Positions 52,766-62,644 are shown, counted from the first letter of the stretch. The stretch is DNA of 64,000 nt from Waterburya sp. (GCA_965217895.1 CBDCJV010000002.1:64001-128000), one strand, 5' to 3'. The notes: a model not told the origin generated them from the sequence alone. Program-made: numbers and translations.

Positions 52766-53554
52766 ATGAATAATTTAAGCAAACCAATGCTCAAAGGTAA
52801 GATTGTTGGTTTAGTGATTATCATTTTAACTTTAGGAATACTATTTAAATTTTTGCTGCTAAAAGGTACGACCAAAAAATTATTGGCAAAATGTGATTCT
52901 CAGCAAGCGTGTAAAAATCAGTCTGTCGTAGTTTTGCATGGTTTGGTTCGTTCTTCTGCTTCAATGAATAAGGTTAGTCAGGCTTTGAATAAGTCAGGTT
53001 ATACTGTCTGCAATATTCAATATCCTTCTAGAAAACACGGTATACCTGAATTAGCTACTGATTTTGTCTATCCAAAAATCAAACAGTGCTTAGGTAATTT
53101 GAAGCAACCAATTAATTTTGTGACCCATTCTTTAGGAGGAATAATTGTTAGGCAATTAGCTCAATCAACGGACATTAAAATAAATCGTGTCGTCATGCTT
53201 AGTCCGCCTAATCACGGTAGCGAATTAGTCGATAAACTCAAAATACTGCCGTTGTTTGGATTAATTAATGATCAGGCTGGTTTATCTTTAGGTACTGAAG
53301 CTAATTCTGTTCCTAATACTTTAGGAGAGGTGACTTTTGAAACGGGTATTATTGTAGGTAATAAAAGCTACAATCCAGTTTATTCCTATTTAATACCTGG
53401 GGCTGATGACGGTAAAGTGTCGCTATCTAGTGCGAAAGTTGCCAAGATGAAAGACTTTTTAGTTGTCTCCCATAGTCATAGCTTTATGATGAATAGTGAT
53501 GCTGTTATTAAGCAAACAATTAACTTTCTGGAAAATGGTGAATTTGCTCGATGA
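52766..53554 (+). CDS. Alpha/beta hydrolase (lipase/esterase-like)
   Basis: LHGL, THSLGG, PPNHGS, DDGKV and HSF motifs; N-terminal anchor. Confidence 0.88.
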   Translation: MNNLSKPMLKGKIVGLVIIILTLGILFKFLLLKGTTKKLLAKCDSQQACKNQSVVVLHGLVRSSASMNKVSQALNKSGYTVCNIQYPSRKHGIPELATDFVYPKIKQCLGNLKQPINFVTHSLGGIIVRQLAQSTDIKINRVVMLSPPNHGSELVDKLKILPLFGLINDQAGLSLGTEANSVPNTLGEVTFETGIIVGNKSYNPVYSYLIPGADDGKVSLSSAKVAKMKDFLVVSHSHSFMMNSDAVIKQTINFLENGEFAR

Positions 53555-53585
53555 GTAACTGTAATTTTAGTTTGAATTTTAATAG

Positions 53586-53678
53586 ACTTCTTGCATGAAT
53601 ATATTTTTTAGTAATAGTTTTAAAATCTCTGACTTCTGACTTCATTCTCAACCGATATTTCTTATTTGTGCAAGAGGT
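53586..53678. repeat. MITE-like inverted-repeat element
   Basis: ACTTCTTGCATGAATA ... TATTTGTGCAAGAGGT, 13/16 inverted. Confidence 0.55.
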
Positions 53679-53696
53679 AAAATCAGTAATTAGTAA

Positions 53697-54233
53697 TTAG
53701 GGTTTGCTAGCCAATTTTGCCCTTAAACTAAAGCTTATTTCGCCATTTCTTTCCAGACAAGCTTTTTCAACACGTTCAAGTTTATCTACCTGACATTGAA
53801 CACGTAAAGTTGATTCCAAATCTTTTTTAGTTATGTGACTATTTCGCATAGCTTTAGGGCATAGTTGACCATCTTTAATCAATATTCGCGATCGCCCTTT
53901 TATCTTGCTTTCCAGTCTACTAGAATGAAAGGCTACCGCCGCGAAAAACCAGTGCATCACCACTAAAATAAAGGCAGCAAAAATAGACTCAAAAAAAGCA
54001 GAAGTTCCGTTAATTGCGCGACTAAGAGTAGAGCCAAAGATAATACTAAGAATTACATCAAGAGCAGCATATTTACCAATAAAACGGCGATCGCCAACCA
54101 TTCTCACCATGACCAATGCAGCTATATAGATAACTGCTGCTCTTAGTCCCATTTGGCATATATTTAGCTGTTCTAACTGTTGGGCATCTAACCCTAAAGC
54201 TAAGCTGATTGTCTCTCTTATTGAAGCAATCAT
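53697..54233 (-). CDS. DUF421 (YetF-like) membrane protein
   Basis: N-terminal TM helices; LIKDGQ and ACLERNGEIS motifs. Confidence 0.85.
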   Translation of the reverse strand: MIASIRETISLALGLDAQQLEQLNICQMGLRAAVIYIAALVMVRMVGDRRFIGKYAALDVILSIIFGSTLSRAINGTSAFFESIFAAFILVVMHWFFAAVAFHSSRLESKIKGRSRILIKDGQLCPKAMRNSHITKKDLESTLRVQCQVDKLERVEKACLERNGEISFSLRAKLASKP

Positions 54234-54498
54234 GAAGTAATCTATTATTTGAATTTATAATTATTTATTGCCAGCTTCAGCTTGAGTATCTAGATCGCGA
54301 TTGTTTTATTCTTAAGTAAGTAAGCAGAATTAAATATAAAATTGAATAAGCAAGATTTTATTCCCTACTTCCTACTTCCTACTTCCTAAATTTTTACCAA
54401 AACTATCTTATAATTAATTTCCCCCACCCGCTTATATCGTCAGATAGACAAATATTTCCCTGAGCGTATTTTCATTTTGTCTTGTTAGTTTTTTGATA

Positions 54499-54583
54499 TA
54501 GCAATCCTAAATGAATTGTAAAATTTTTGTTCCCTACTCCCGATACCGAGATTTAACTGTTCACAAATGAAAGAAGATTGCTA
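54499..54583. repeat. MITE-like element with TAGCAATC terminal inverted repeats
   Basis: TAGCAATCCTAAATGAATTGT ... ACAAATGAAAGAAGATTGCTA. Confidence 0.6.
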
Positions 54584-54632
54584 AACCCCGTCTACATAGA
54601 AAACCGTAGTTTTTGAATCGGAGATTGAGCTA

Positions 54633-54684
54633 GTCACAGATTACTCCGCCCTAAACGGACGAAGCCTGCTGTGACCGTTGGTCA
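54633..54684. repeat. Empty (insert-free) copy of the psaA-psaB intergenic repeat
   Basis: GTCACAGATTACTCCGCC|CTAAACGGACGAAGCCTGCTGTGACCGTTGGTCA matches 237-254 plus 300-333 with one mismatch. Confidence 0.85.
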
Positions 54685-54703
54685 AACAGCAGGATATAAT
54701 TTC

Positions 54704-54764
54704 TACTTGATACTTGATACTTGATACTTGATACTTGATACTTGATACTTGATACTTGCTACTT
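54704..54764. repeat. Short tandem heptamer repeat (TACTTGA)n
   Basis: Seven perfect TACTTGA units, one variant and a partial unit. Confidence 0.9.
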
Positions 54765-54978
54765 ACGAACAGTCAACTTAAAAACTCCTGGTTTTAAACT
54801 GGATGCGGTTTATATGTTGGGTAATGAAGTATTTGTAGTGCTGGGGTTACTCAAAATCTTTAAGCAATGATTGTCAGAAATACGGACGATTTTTGCCAAA
54901 ATAGACTTTAATATTAATAGTAAGAAGTCTCACTGACTTTATCTTTAATATTTTTATTTCTAATCCAATCGTCTTCTA

Positions 54979-55467
54979 ATGACTTTTGATCGTTTTACGC
55001 CCAATTCACGCTTCGATTTAAGTAGTTTCTCGCCAACCAAGAAAAAAGCTCTGGGAACAATCCTTCAAGAAGCGGATCTCGTATCTCCCAACCAAATTCA
55101 AGCTGCATTGCAAGATCAAGTCGCTCATCCCAATTTAAGAATTGGCGAAATACTGGTACAACGAGATTTGATTAAACCTGAAACTGCCGATTTCTTTGTC
55201 CAAGATTGGTCAAACGCGGTAATGCAACCAAATAAAAACGCTTTGGGTTATTATTTGCGACAAGCAGCAATTCTTAATAGTGGGCAAATTGAAGTAATTC
55301 TGGCAGTGCAAAGAGATTCAGGAATTCGTTTTGGAACAATTGCTGTGTTTCAAGGATTTTTAAAATCAACTACCTTAGACTTCTTCTTAACTAATTTATT
55401 TCCTGAAGAGCTGCACGTATCTCCCTTTGTCAATATGAATTCTCGCAGCAAGCCATTTTTAGATTAA
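54979..55467 (+). CDS. Hypothetical protein made of tandem MshEN/GspE-N-like repeats
   Basis: LGTILQEADLVSPNQIQAALQDQ, RIGEILVQRDLI, LGYYLRQAAILNSGQIEVILAVQ and RFGTIAVFQGFL segments. Confidence 0.7.
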   Translation: MTFDRFTPNSRFDLSSFSPTKKKALGTILQEADLVSPNQIQAALQDQVAHPNLRIGEILVQRDLIKPETADFFVQDWSNAVMQPNKNALGYYLRQAAILNSGQIEVILAVQRDSGIRFGTIAVFQGFLKSTTLDFFLTNLFPEELHVSPFVNMNSRSKPFLD

Positions 55468-55670
55468 ATCTGCTATTAAATTCGGCGTTGCTGAATCAGG
55501 CTGTATAATACAATACGTATTATTTTAATATACATTTAAACAAAGCTAAAAGCTGAAAGTTGATACTTTATGCAAGAGATATCATAAGTGTATCGCTCAC
55601 AACCAATTATGAAAATGTGGTAGCCTTCAACTGAGACTAAAAAGAGGTCGATATAGATAGTAGTGCAATA

Positions 55671-56588
55671 ATGAAAATCGCAATTACCGGAGCAACAGGT
55701 TTAGTCGGCAGTCGTCTGGTAGCTAAGCTAAACCAAGAAGGGCATCAAATACTAGTTTTAACCCGTAATCCTGATAAAGCTCAAAAAGTTTTTCCCGCTT
55801 CAGCCTACTCCCAGCTAGAAATAGTTCAATATACTCCTCAAGAGTCGGGAGAATGGCAAAAAAGCATTTCAGGCTGTGATGGAGTAGTCAACTTAGCAGG
55901 AGAGCCTATTGCCGAACGCTGGAGTCCTCAACAAAAACAGGCAATTATGTCAAGTCGCCAAATTGGCACGAGAAAACTAGTAGAAGCGATCGCCACCGCG
56001 GAGCAAAAGCCCCAGGTGCTAGTGAGTGGTTCGGCGATCGGTTACTATGGCACAAGTGAAACTGCTGCTTTTGTAGAAAACAGTTCTGCTGGTAGTGACT
56101 TCTTAGCTCAAGTCTGTCAAAATTGGGAAGCTGAAGCACAGAAGGTAACTGAGTTAGGAGTGCGATTAGTTATTTTACGTTTAGGTATTGTTTTAGCCGA
56201 CGGAGGTGCATTGGGCAAAATGATTGGACCTTTCAAAATGTTTGCTGGTGGCCCTATTGGCAGTGGAAAACAGTGGTTTTCTTGGATTCATCGCGACGAT
56301 TTAGTTAACCTAATTGTCCAGGCAATCAACAGAATAGATATGTCTGGAGTATATAATGCCACCTCTCCTCATCCCGTTCGGATGAACAAACTATGTCAAA
56401 CTCTAGGTGAGGTGATGAATCGACCTTCTTGGCTGCCTGTGCCTAATTTTGTTTTAGAAGTTTTGTTGGGAGATGGAGCAATAGTTGTACTTGAAGGACA
56501 GCAGGTGCTACCGCAAAAAACTCAGTCTACAGGCTTTAATTACCAGTATGCAGATCTAAAACCAGCACTGGTAGAAATTATCAAATAG
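55671..56588 (+). CDS. TIGR01777-family NAD-dependent epimerase-like protein (ThyD-like)
   Basis: TGATGLVG, NLAGEPI, SAIGYYG, GKQWFSWIH and DUF1731-like C-terminus. Confidence 0.88.
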   Translation: MKIAITGATGLVGSRLVAKLNQEGHQILVLTRNPDKAQKVFPASAYSQLEIVQYTPQESGEWQKSISGCDGVVNLAGEPIAERWSPQQKQAIMSSRQIGTRKLVEAIATAEQKPQVLVSGSAIGYYGTSETAAFVENSSAGSDFLAQVCQNWEAEAQKVTELGVRLVILRLGIVLADGGALGKMIGPFKMFAGGPIGSGKQWFSWIHRDDLVNLIVQAINRIDMSGVYNATSPHPVRMNKLCQTLGEVMNRPSWLPVPNFVLEVLLGDGAIVVLEGQQVLPQKTQSTGFNYQYADLKPALVEIIK

Positions 56589-57410
56589 CGTTAAGGCAAC
56601 AACAATTTGCTGCGAAAAGACTTCAAGGCGATACTTTTAGTTAGCATCAGCGTATCAAAGTTGCTTAAAAAATAGCAAGTAATAAGAGGAATACAGCAAT
56701 TTTAAATTATTAGTTGAAGAATCGAAAAAGCATTTTAGGCGTTCCTAATTATTTATCACCATTAAAGCCTCTTGTTACTAACAATAAATGGTATTAAACA
56801 GCATTTGCAACAAATATCTTGTAGCGATTAGCAGTTTTTTTATTTAATTTAAATTAGCATTATTTCTTTTCGTATTTCATACTTTGTTAAGCATAAATTG
56901 AAATTTTTATTGTCATAAAAGTTATCCAAAAGATCGCCTTAGTAATTTACTTCTCATACAGGCAATTTTACTAATTAATCAAAAATATTAGCGCAAATAT
57001 TGTTTTGTCGTTTCAAATATAAGCACGGACTATATTTTCTTGTTTTTTGTCAAGATAAATTTGATATAAGTATAATTTATGTTAATGAACTTAATACAAT
57101 CTTAACATAAATTTACAAATAATGGTAATTTCAGTCACAAAAACTTGCTTTAATAAAAATGTAAGTAAGTGAAATTTAAACAAATCGGCAATTGCATAGC
57201 TTGACTATAACTTTTAACCTGCTAAACAATTTTTTCTGAAATATGACTATGTGCAGATACTCAAGAAGAAGAATTGTGTTAAACATAAATATGTAGGTTA
57301 AATAAATTGATTAAAAGCTATCCACCAGTACTTTTTCTACCGAGGTTTTTGTTTTAAATTTAAATTGTCTACTTTATTTGTTTAAAAGATAGTAGCTTGT
57401 GATAAATCAC

Positions 57411-57452
57411 TGGGCGTGGAATATGCTGCTTGCAAAGCAGCATTTCCGCCCA
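57411..57452. repeat. GC-rich hairpin containing the 31-nt TGGAATATGC-N13-GCATTTCC module
   Basis: Module at 57417-57447; a second copy lies on the minus strand at 59796-59826. Confidence 0.7.
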
Positions 57453-57668
57453 CCAAAATTTAGATTGCAAATAACCAAAAAACTGACATCTTATAAAAAA
57501 GCCAAGTCATTGCCTTCAATGAATGGAAAAGATTTATAGGAGTTAATCAATAAATTGAGGTAATTTTTACTTCAGTTATATTTCTTTCGCCCATAAACAA
57601 AAAGGTGATTTGTAAACTATTTACAAAGTAATCTTGTAGATATTTCAGTTGTATTTAGGCAAAAAATA

Positions 57669-58913
57669 ATGAGTCAAATTGAAGCAAAATTTGTAGCTAC
57701 CGACACAGCATTTAGAGTTGAAGGCTACGAAAAAATCGAGTACGATCTTCTGTTTGTAGAGGGCGTATTTGATACCAAAAATAGAGAACTTGCAGACAGC
57801 TATGAAAAATTTGGACGTTGTTTGATGGTTGTGGACGCTAATGTGCATCGGCTTTATAAAGACCAAATAAAAGCGTACTTTGAGCATTACGATATCGATC
57901 TAACAGTATTCCCGATTATTATTAGTGAGTTAGATAAGAGTTTACAAACCTTAGAAAAAATTGTTGACGCTTTTGCTGATTTTGGTTTGGTACGCAAAGA
58001 GCCTGTCTTAGTAGTAGGTGGTGGTTTGATTACCGACGTGGCTGGTTTTGCTTGTGCTAGTTATCGTCGCAGCAGTAACTATATTCGCATTCCTACAACC
58101 ATGATTGGTTTAGTTGATGCTAGTGTAGCGATCAAGGTTGCAGTCAATCACAAGAAACTAAAGAATCGTCTTGGTGCTTATCACGCCTCGACAAAGGTAA
58201 TTCTCGACTTTTCTTTCCTACGGACTTTACCAGAAGCACAGGTGCGTAATGGCATGGCGGAATTAGTCAAAATTGCCGTAGTCTCTCATAAAAAAGTCTT
58301 TGAACTATTAGAAAAATATGGCAAAGAACTATTAGAGACTCGTTTTGGCTATCTTAACGGTAGTGAATCAATCCGTGAAATTGGACGTAAGCTAACTTAT
58401 AAAGCAATCAAAAAAATGCTGGAGTTGGAAGCACCCAACCTTCACGAACTAGATTTAGATCGAGTAATTGCTTATGGACATACTTGGAGTCCTACCTTTG
58501 AGCTTACACCTGAAATCCCCCTATATCATGGTCATGCAGTCAATATTGACATGGCACTGTCGGCTACAATAGCAGCGATGCGAGGCTATATTACTCCCGA
58601 GGATCGCGATCGCATTTTAACCACCATGAATAATATCGGACTGGCGTTAGATAATCCAGTTTTAGATATAGACTTGCTGTGGAAAGCTGGCGAATCAATC
58701 ACTCAAACTAGAGATGGTTTACTTAGAGCAGCCGTGCCTAAACCTATTGGAACTTGTTTCTTTATCAACGACTTAGAAAAAGATGAGCTGGAAGAAGCTT
58801 TAGCCGAACACAGACGTATTTGCGCTGACTATCCCGATTCAGGCTTAGGAACGCAAGTATACATGAATGAAGGTAAAGAATCAACCGAAGAAGCGTTAGC
58901 GGGGAGTAGATAG
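57669..58913 (+). CDS. mysA: 2-demethyl-4-deoxygadusol synthase (sedoheptulose-7-phosphate cyclase), MAA biosynthesis
   Basis: [38 protein letters not shown] and HGHAV motifs; upstream of O-methyltransferase and ATP-grasp genes. Confidence 0.95.
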   Translation: MSQIEAKFVATDTAFRVEGYEKIEYDLLFVEGVFDTKNRELADSYEKFGRCLMVVDANVHRLYKDQIKAYFEHYDIDLTVFPIIISELDKSLQTLEKIVDAFADFGLVRKEPVLVVGGGLITDVAGFACASYRRSSNYIRIPTTMIGLVDASVAIKVAVNHKKLKNRLGAYHASTKVILDFSFLRTLPEAQVRNGMAELVKIAVVSHKKVFELLEKYGKELLETRFGYLNGSESIREIGRKLTYKAIKKMLELEAPNLHELDLDRVIAYGHTWSPTFELTPEIPLYHGHAVNIDMALSATIAAMRGYITPEDRDRILTTMNNIGLALDNPVLDIDLLWKAGESITQTRDGLLRAAVPKPIGTCFFINDLEKDELEEALAEHRRICADYPDSGLGTQVYMNEGKESTEEALAGSR

Positions 58914-58915
58914 TC

Positions 58916-59752
58916 GTGGTGGGAACAGCAGAAGCTCAGAAGAAAACCGCTAGACCAGTAACTCCTTTAGGGATTCTCGTCCAGCAGCTAGAACACATTC
59001 TAAACGCAGCTAAAACTGAATCGATTTCAACTGAATTTAAAATATCCTTAAGCAAAGCATATCATTTAGCTGCGGGAATCGACCCCTATTTAGAAGCCTG
59101 CACTACTTCTGAATCAGAGGCTCTAGCCAATTTGACAGATAGAACCCAAAAAGAAGACTGGAGTAAACGGTTTGACGATGGCGAAACTATACGTGCATTA
59201 GAGCAGGAAATGCTTTCTGGACATATAGAAGGACAACTGCTTAAGATGTTAGTGTCTATCAGTAAGTCCAAGCGCGTCTTAGAAATTGGAATGTTTACTG
59301 GTTATTCTGCTTTAGCGATCGCCGAAGCTTTACCCGATGACGGTTATCTACTTGCTTGCGAAGTAGATGAATACGTTTCTCAATTTGCGATCGACTGTTT
59401 TGCTGCTTCTATCCACGGTAAAAAAATTGAGGTTAAGGTTGCCCCCGCAATCGAAACTATGAATCAGCTAATAAATGCGGGGGAGTCTTTTGATTTAGTG
59501 TTTATCGATGCTGATAAAGGCGGATATATTGATTACGTCAACCTGCTGTTGGAAAGTAACTTATTAATACCTGATGGCTTTATCTGCGTAGACAATACCC
59601 TGATGCAAGGACAACCTTATTTGCCCGAAGAACAACAGACAGAAAATGGTAAAGCGATCGCCCGTTTTAACCGTTTTGTCGCCGAAGATCCTCGCGTCGA
59701 ACAGGTTATGATTCCCCTGCGAGATGGCGTAACTCTCATTAAACGTAAATAA
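58916..59752 (+). CDS. mysB: O-methyltransferase, MAA biosynthesis
   Basis: TARPVTPLGIL, EMLSGHIEGQ, LEIGMFTGYS, FIDADK and DNTL motifs. Confidence 0.94.
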   Translation: MVGTAEAQKKTARPVTPLGILVQQLEHILNAAKTESISTEFKISLSKAYHLAAGIDPYLEACTTSESEALANLTDRTQKEDWSKRFDDGETIRALEQEMLSGHIEGQLLKMLVSISKSKRVLEIGMFTGYSALAIAEALPDDGYLLACEVDEYVSQFAIDCFAASIHGKKIEVKVAPAIETMNQLINAGESFDLVFIDADKGGYIDYVNLLLESNLLIPDGFICVDNTLMQGQPYLPEEQQTENGKAIARFNRFVAEDPRVEQVMIPLRDGVTLIKRK

Positions 59753-59757
59753 CCCCC

Positions 59758-59992
59758 GTAGGGGCGAACGGTGAGGTAGCGCGGTCTTTGCGAGAGGAAA
59801 TGCCCTGAGTTAAAGGGCATATTCCACTCTCGCGGTGTTGGTTTCCAAAGGCGGCTGGCGGCTTTTGAGACAGAGTATTCTTTCTCAACCTCGACAGTTT
59901 GCTCAACGGGGGAAACCCCCGCAACGCAACTGTCTCGCAAAACGCGCCGTACAAAGAGCGACTACCGAACCCGAAGGGCGGTTCGCCCCTAC
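59758..59992. repeat. GTAG-type REP hairpin expanded by multiply nested small repeats
   Basis: Perfect 12-bp inverted ends GTAGGGGCGAAC / GTTCGCCCCTAC; a related 29-bp simple form lies at 62641-62669. Confidence 0.85.
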
Positions 59993-60035
59993 CAAAAACC
60001 ACAATTTAAAATGCAAATCTCATTCATTGGGTTAA

Positions 60036-61415
60036 ATGTTTTCAATATTATTTATTTCCCGTGGTTCAGCGATTGTGAAGCTAGCCGTAGGCATCGCCAA
60101 AAATCTCGGTACACTGGCATTACTATTGCTGTTGCTTCCTTTTAATTTGGCACTGGTATTTTTATCTTGGACTAAAAACATTATCCCTGGTAGGGGCGAT
60201 CGCGCGATCGCCCCTATCATTAATCCAACAGAAAAAAAACGCATCCTAATTACAGGGGCAAAAATGACCAAAGCTTTGCAGCTAGCAAGGTCATTTCATA
60301 GAGACGGACACGAAGTATATCTGGTAGAAACCCATAAATATTGGCTATCGGGTCATCGTTTTTCCCGCGCTGTTAAAGGCTTTTTTACAGTACCTGTTCC
60401 CGAAAAAGAACCAGAAGCCTACTGTCAGGCTTTGATTGATATAGCTAAAAAGCAAGACATCGATCTTTTTGTTCCCGTATCCAGTCCCATTGCTAGCTAC
60501 TATGATTCTCTAGCCAAAAAAGCTTTAGAGCCTTACTGTGAATCGATTCATCTCGATCCAGAAGAAACGAAAATTCTTGACGATAAACACGCCTTTTGCT
60601 CAAAAGCTAGAGAATTAGGCTTATCTGCACCTAAAGTATTTAGAATCACCGATCCGCAGCAGATATTAGATTTTGATTTTGTCACTGACGGTAGTAAATA
60701 TATTGTTAAAAGTATTCCTTACGATTCCGTATTACGACTAGATTTAACTAGACTGCCCTTTCCAGAGATGGAAGACTATGTTCGTAGTTTACCTATTAGC
60801 CCTGAGAAACCTTGGGTAATGCAAGAATTTATTCGTGGACAAGAATATTGCTTTCATGCAACTGCCCGTAAAGGCAAAATTAGACTGCACTGCTGCTCTT
60901 TATCTTCTCCTTTCCAGGTTAATTACGAACAGGTAGACAACCCTGCTATCTATCAATGGGCAGAAACTTTCGTGCAGAAAATGAATCTAACAGGACAAAT
61001 TTGTTTTGACATGATTCAAACCGATGATGGAACAGTTTATCCCATTGAATGTAATCCCCGTCTGCATTCTGCCATTACTATGTTTCACGATCATCCAGGA
61101 GTAGCAGAGGCTTATTTAGCAGATAGTGCAGGAGAAGCACCCATAACTCCCTTACCTGATAGTAAACCTACTTACTGGACGTATCACGAACTTTGGAGAT
61201 TATTAAGCATTCGTTCTTTAACAGAACTTAAAGCTTGGTGGCAAAAGATAACCAAAGGAACTGACGCTATATTAAGCCCAGATGACCCTTTACCCTTTTT
61301 AATGCTCCATAATTGGCAAATTCCCTTACTTTTACTCGATAATTTACGTCGTCTTCAAGGCTGGGTCAAAATCGATTTCAATATCGGTAAACTGGTCGAA
61401 ATCGGCGGCGACTAA
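60036..61415 (+). CDS. mysC: ATP-grasp ligase (mycosporine-glycine synthetase); start may be GTG 60075
   Basis: TLALLLLLLPFN, GAKMTKALQLARSF, KSIPYDSVLRLDL, IECNPR and IDFNIGKLVE motifs. Confidence 0.94.
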   Translation: MFSILFISRGSAIVKLAVGIAKNLGTLALLLLLLPFNLALVFLSWTKNIIPGRGDRAIAPIINPTEKKRILITGAKMTKALQLARSFHRDGHEVYLVETHKYWLSGHRFSRAVKGFFTVPVPEKEPEAYCQALIDIAKKQDIDLFVPVSSPIASYYDSLAKKALEPYCESIHLDPEETKILDDKHAFCSKARELGLSAPKVFRITDPQQILDFDFVTDGSKYIVKSIPYDSVLRLDLTRLPFPEMEDYVRSLPISPEKPWVMQEFIRGQEYCFHATARKGKIRLHCCSLSSPFQVNYEQVDNPAIYQWAETFVQKMNLTGQICFDMIQTDDGTVYPIECNPRLHSAITMFHDHPGVAEAYLADSAGEAPITPLPDSKPTYWTYHELWRLLSIRSLTELKAWWQKITKGTDAILSPDDPLPFLMLHNWQIPLLLLDNLRRLQGWVKIDFNIGKLVEIGGD

Positions 61416-61478
61416 ACATTTGTCATTTATCATTGAACATTTATCAATTTATACCACCAGCATTAGTATCAGCAGACC

Positions 61479-61545
61479 GTAGGGTGGGCAAATATTTTAT
61501 CTAGATCTTCTTGAAACTTGTTACAAACAAATGTTTGCCCACCAC
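61479..61545. repeat. GTAG-type REP/REPIN-like inverted repeat
   Basis: GTAGGGTGGGCAAATATTT ... AAATGTTTGCCCACCAC. Confidence 0.7.
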
Positions 61546-61585
61546 TATTTTAATAACCCATAATCAATAATCGAAAAATTAAACA

Positions 61586-62644
61586 ATGGTATCAACCCGC
61601 GCAAATCCCAATACCGAAGCTAAGAAAAGAGCTTTCGATCTAATGTTGACCTTTGTAAAAAGTCAATGTCTTTATACAGCAACTCGTTTAGGAATTTTTA
61701 ATTTACTTGATGACACTGGAGAACAAACCGTAGAGAGTTTGGCAGATAAAACTAATACCGATACCGAACGACTATACTTTATTCTTCGAGCCTTAGCTCA
61801 TGTTGAGGTATTATCAGAAAAACCAGGGCGAGTATTTGCACCCACAGAAACATCTACCTTATTGGTAACCAACAAAGAACCCTCAGTCGGACATTTAGCC
61901 ATGCACCTAATCGAACCTGCACAATGGGATGCTTGGAAGGTTTTACCAGAGGCATTAGCCAAGGGTGTAGTTCCCTTTGAATTAGCCAATGATAAAGGAG
62001 TTTATCAATACTGTTACGACAATGACTGGAGTAAAGATATTTTTATCAAAGCCATGAGTTTCCTAACTAACTCTCAGGTAGATGGGTTGTTAGATGCCTA
62101 TGATTTTGGTCAGTATGAGACGGTAATGGATGTCGGTGGTGGACAAGGTGGCTTGATAGCCAACATTGTTAAACGTTATGGCTGCAAGGGTGTTTTGTTT
62201 GATGTCCCTGATGTGGCAGAAACCGCTAGAGAATATATTGCCAGTCAAGGTGTCAATCCAGACGACATTGAGATTAAAACTGGAGATGTTTTTAAAGAGA
62301 TTCCTCAAGGGGCAAATGCGATCGTCATGAAGCATTTTATCTCGGCATGGAGTGACGAAGATGCAATGAAGATTTTAGCAAACTGCAAAGCAGCATTACC
62401 CGATGATGGCAAATTAATCCTTCTACAGTCTTTTGTTCCCGATCTTGACGAACCCAAAACCGAAGCCGATGGCATCATGCCTGGTATCTTTGCGGTACAA
62501 ATAAATGTTGCTACTCCTGGTGGTGGCTGGCGCACTAAAAAGCAGTTTCAAGAATTGTTTGAAAAAAGTGGTTTTAAATTAGAGCGAGTGATTAAAACCA
62601 ATAATAGCCTGTCAGGAATGGAATTTAGTATAGCAAACCTGTAG
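61586..62644 (+). CDS. COMT/ASMT-fold SAM-dependent methyltransferase with N-terminal dimerisation domain
   Basis: LGIF..L, winged-helix-like N-terminus, MDVGGGQG, LFDVP, GDVF and GGGWRT motifs. Confidence 0.9.
   Translation: MVSTRANPNTEAKKRAFDLMLTFVKSQCLYTATRLGIFNLLDDTGEQTVESLADKTNTDTERLYFILRALAHVEVLSEKPGRVFAPTETSTLLVTNKEPSVGHLAMHLIEPAQWDAWKVLPEALAKGVVPFELANDKGVYQYCYDNDWSKDIFIKAMSFLTNSQVDGLLDAYDFGQYETVMDVGGGQGGLIANIVKRYGCKGVLFDVPDVAETAREYIASQGVNPDDIEIKTGDVFKEIPQGANAIVMKHFISAWSDEDAMKILANCKAALPDDGKLILLQSFVPDLDEPKTEADGIMPGIFAVQINVATPGGGWRTKKQFQELFEKSGFKLERVIKTNNSLSGMEFSIANL

Noticed and set aside
54704..54764. Tandem repeats as a CRISPR array
   Set aside because: Contiguous heptamers without spacers; an ordinary cyanobacterial short tandem repeat.
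57612..57624. Possible NtcA box upstream of mysA
   Set aside because: Spacing is GTA-N7-TAC, not the canonical GTA-N8-TAC; kept only as an unassigned palindrome.
59617..60271. Several short ORFs across the mysB-mysC junction
   Set aside because: Artefacts of the nested REP structure or antisense to mysB/mysC.
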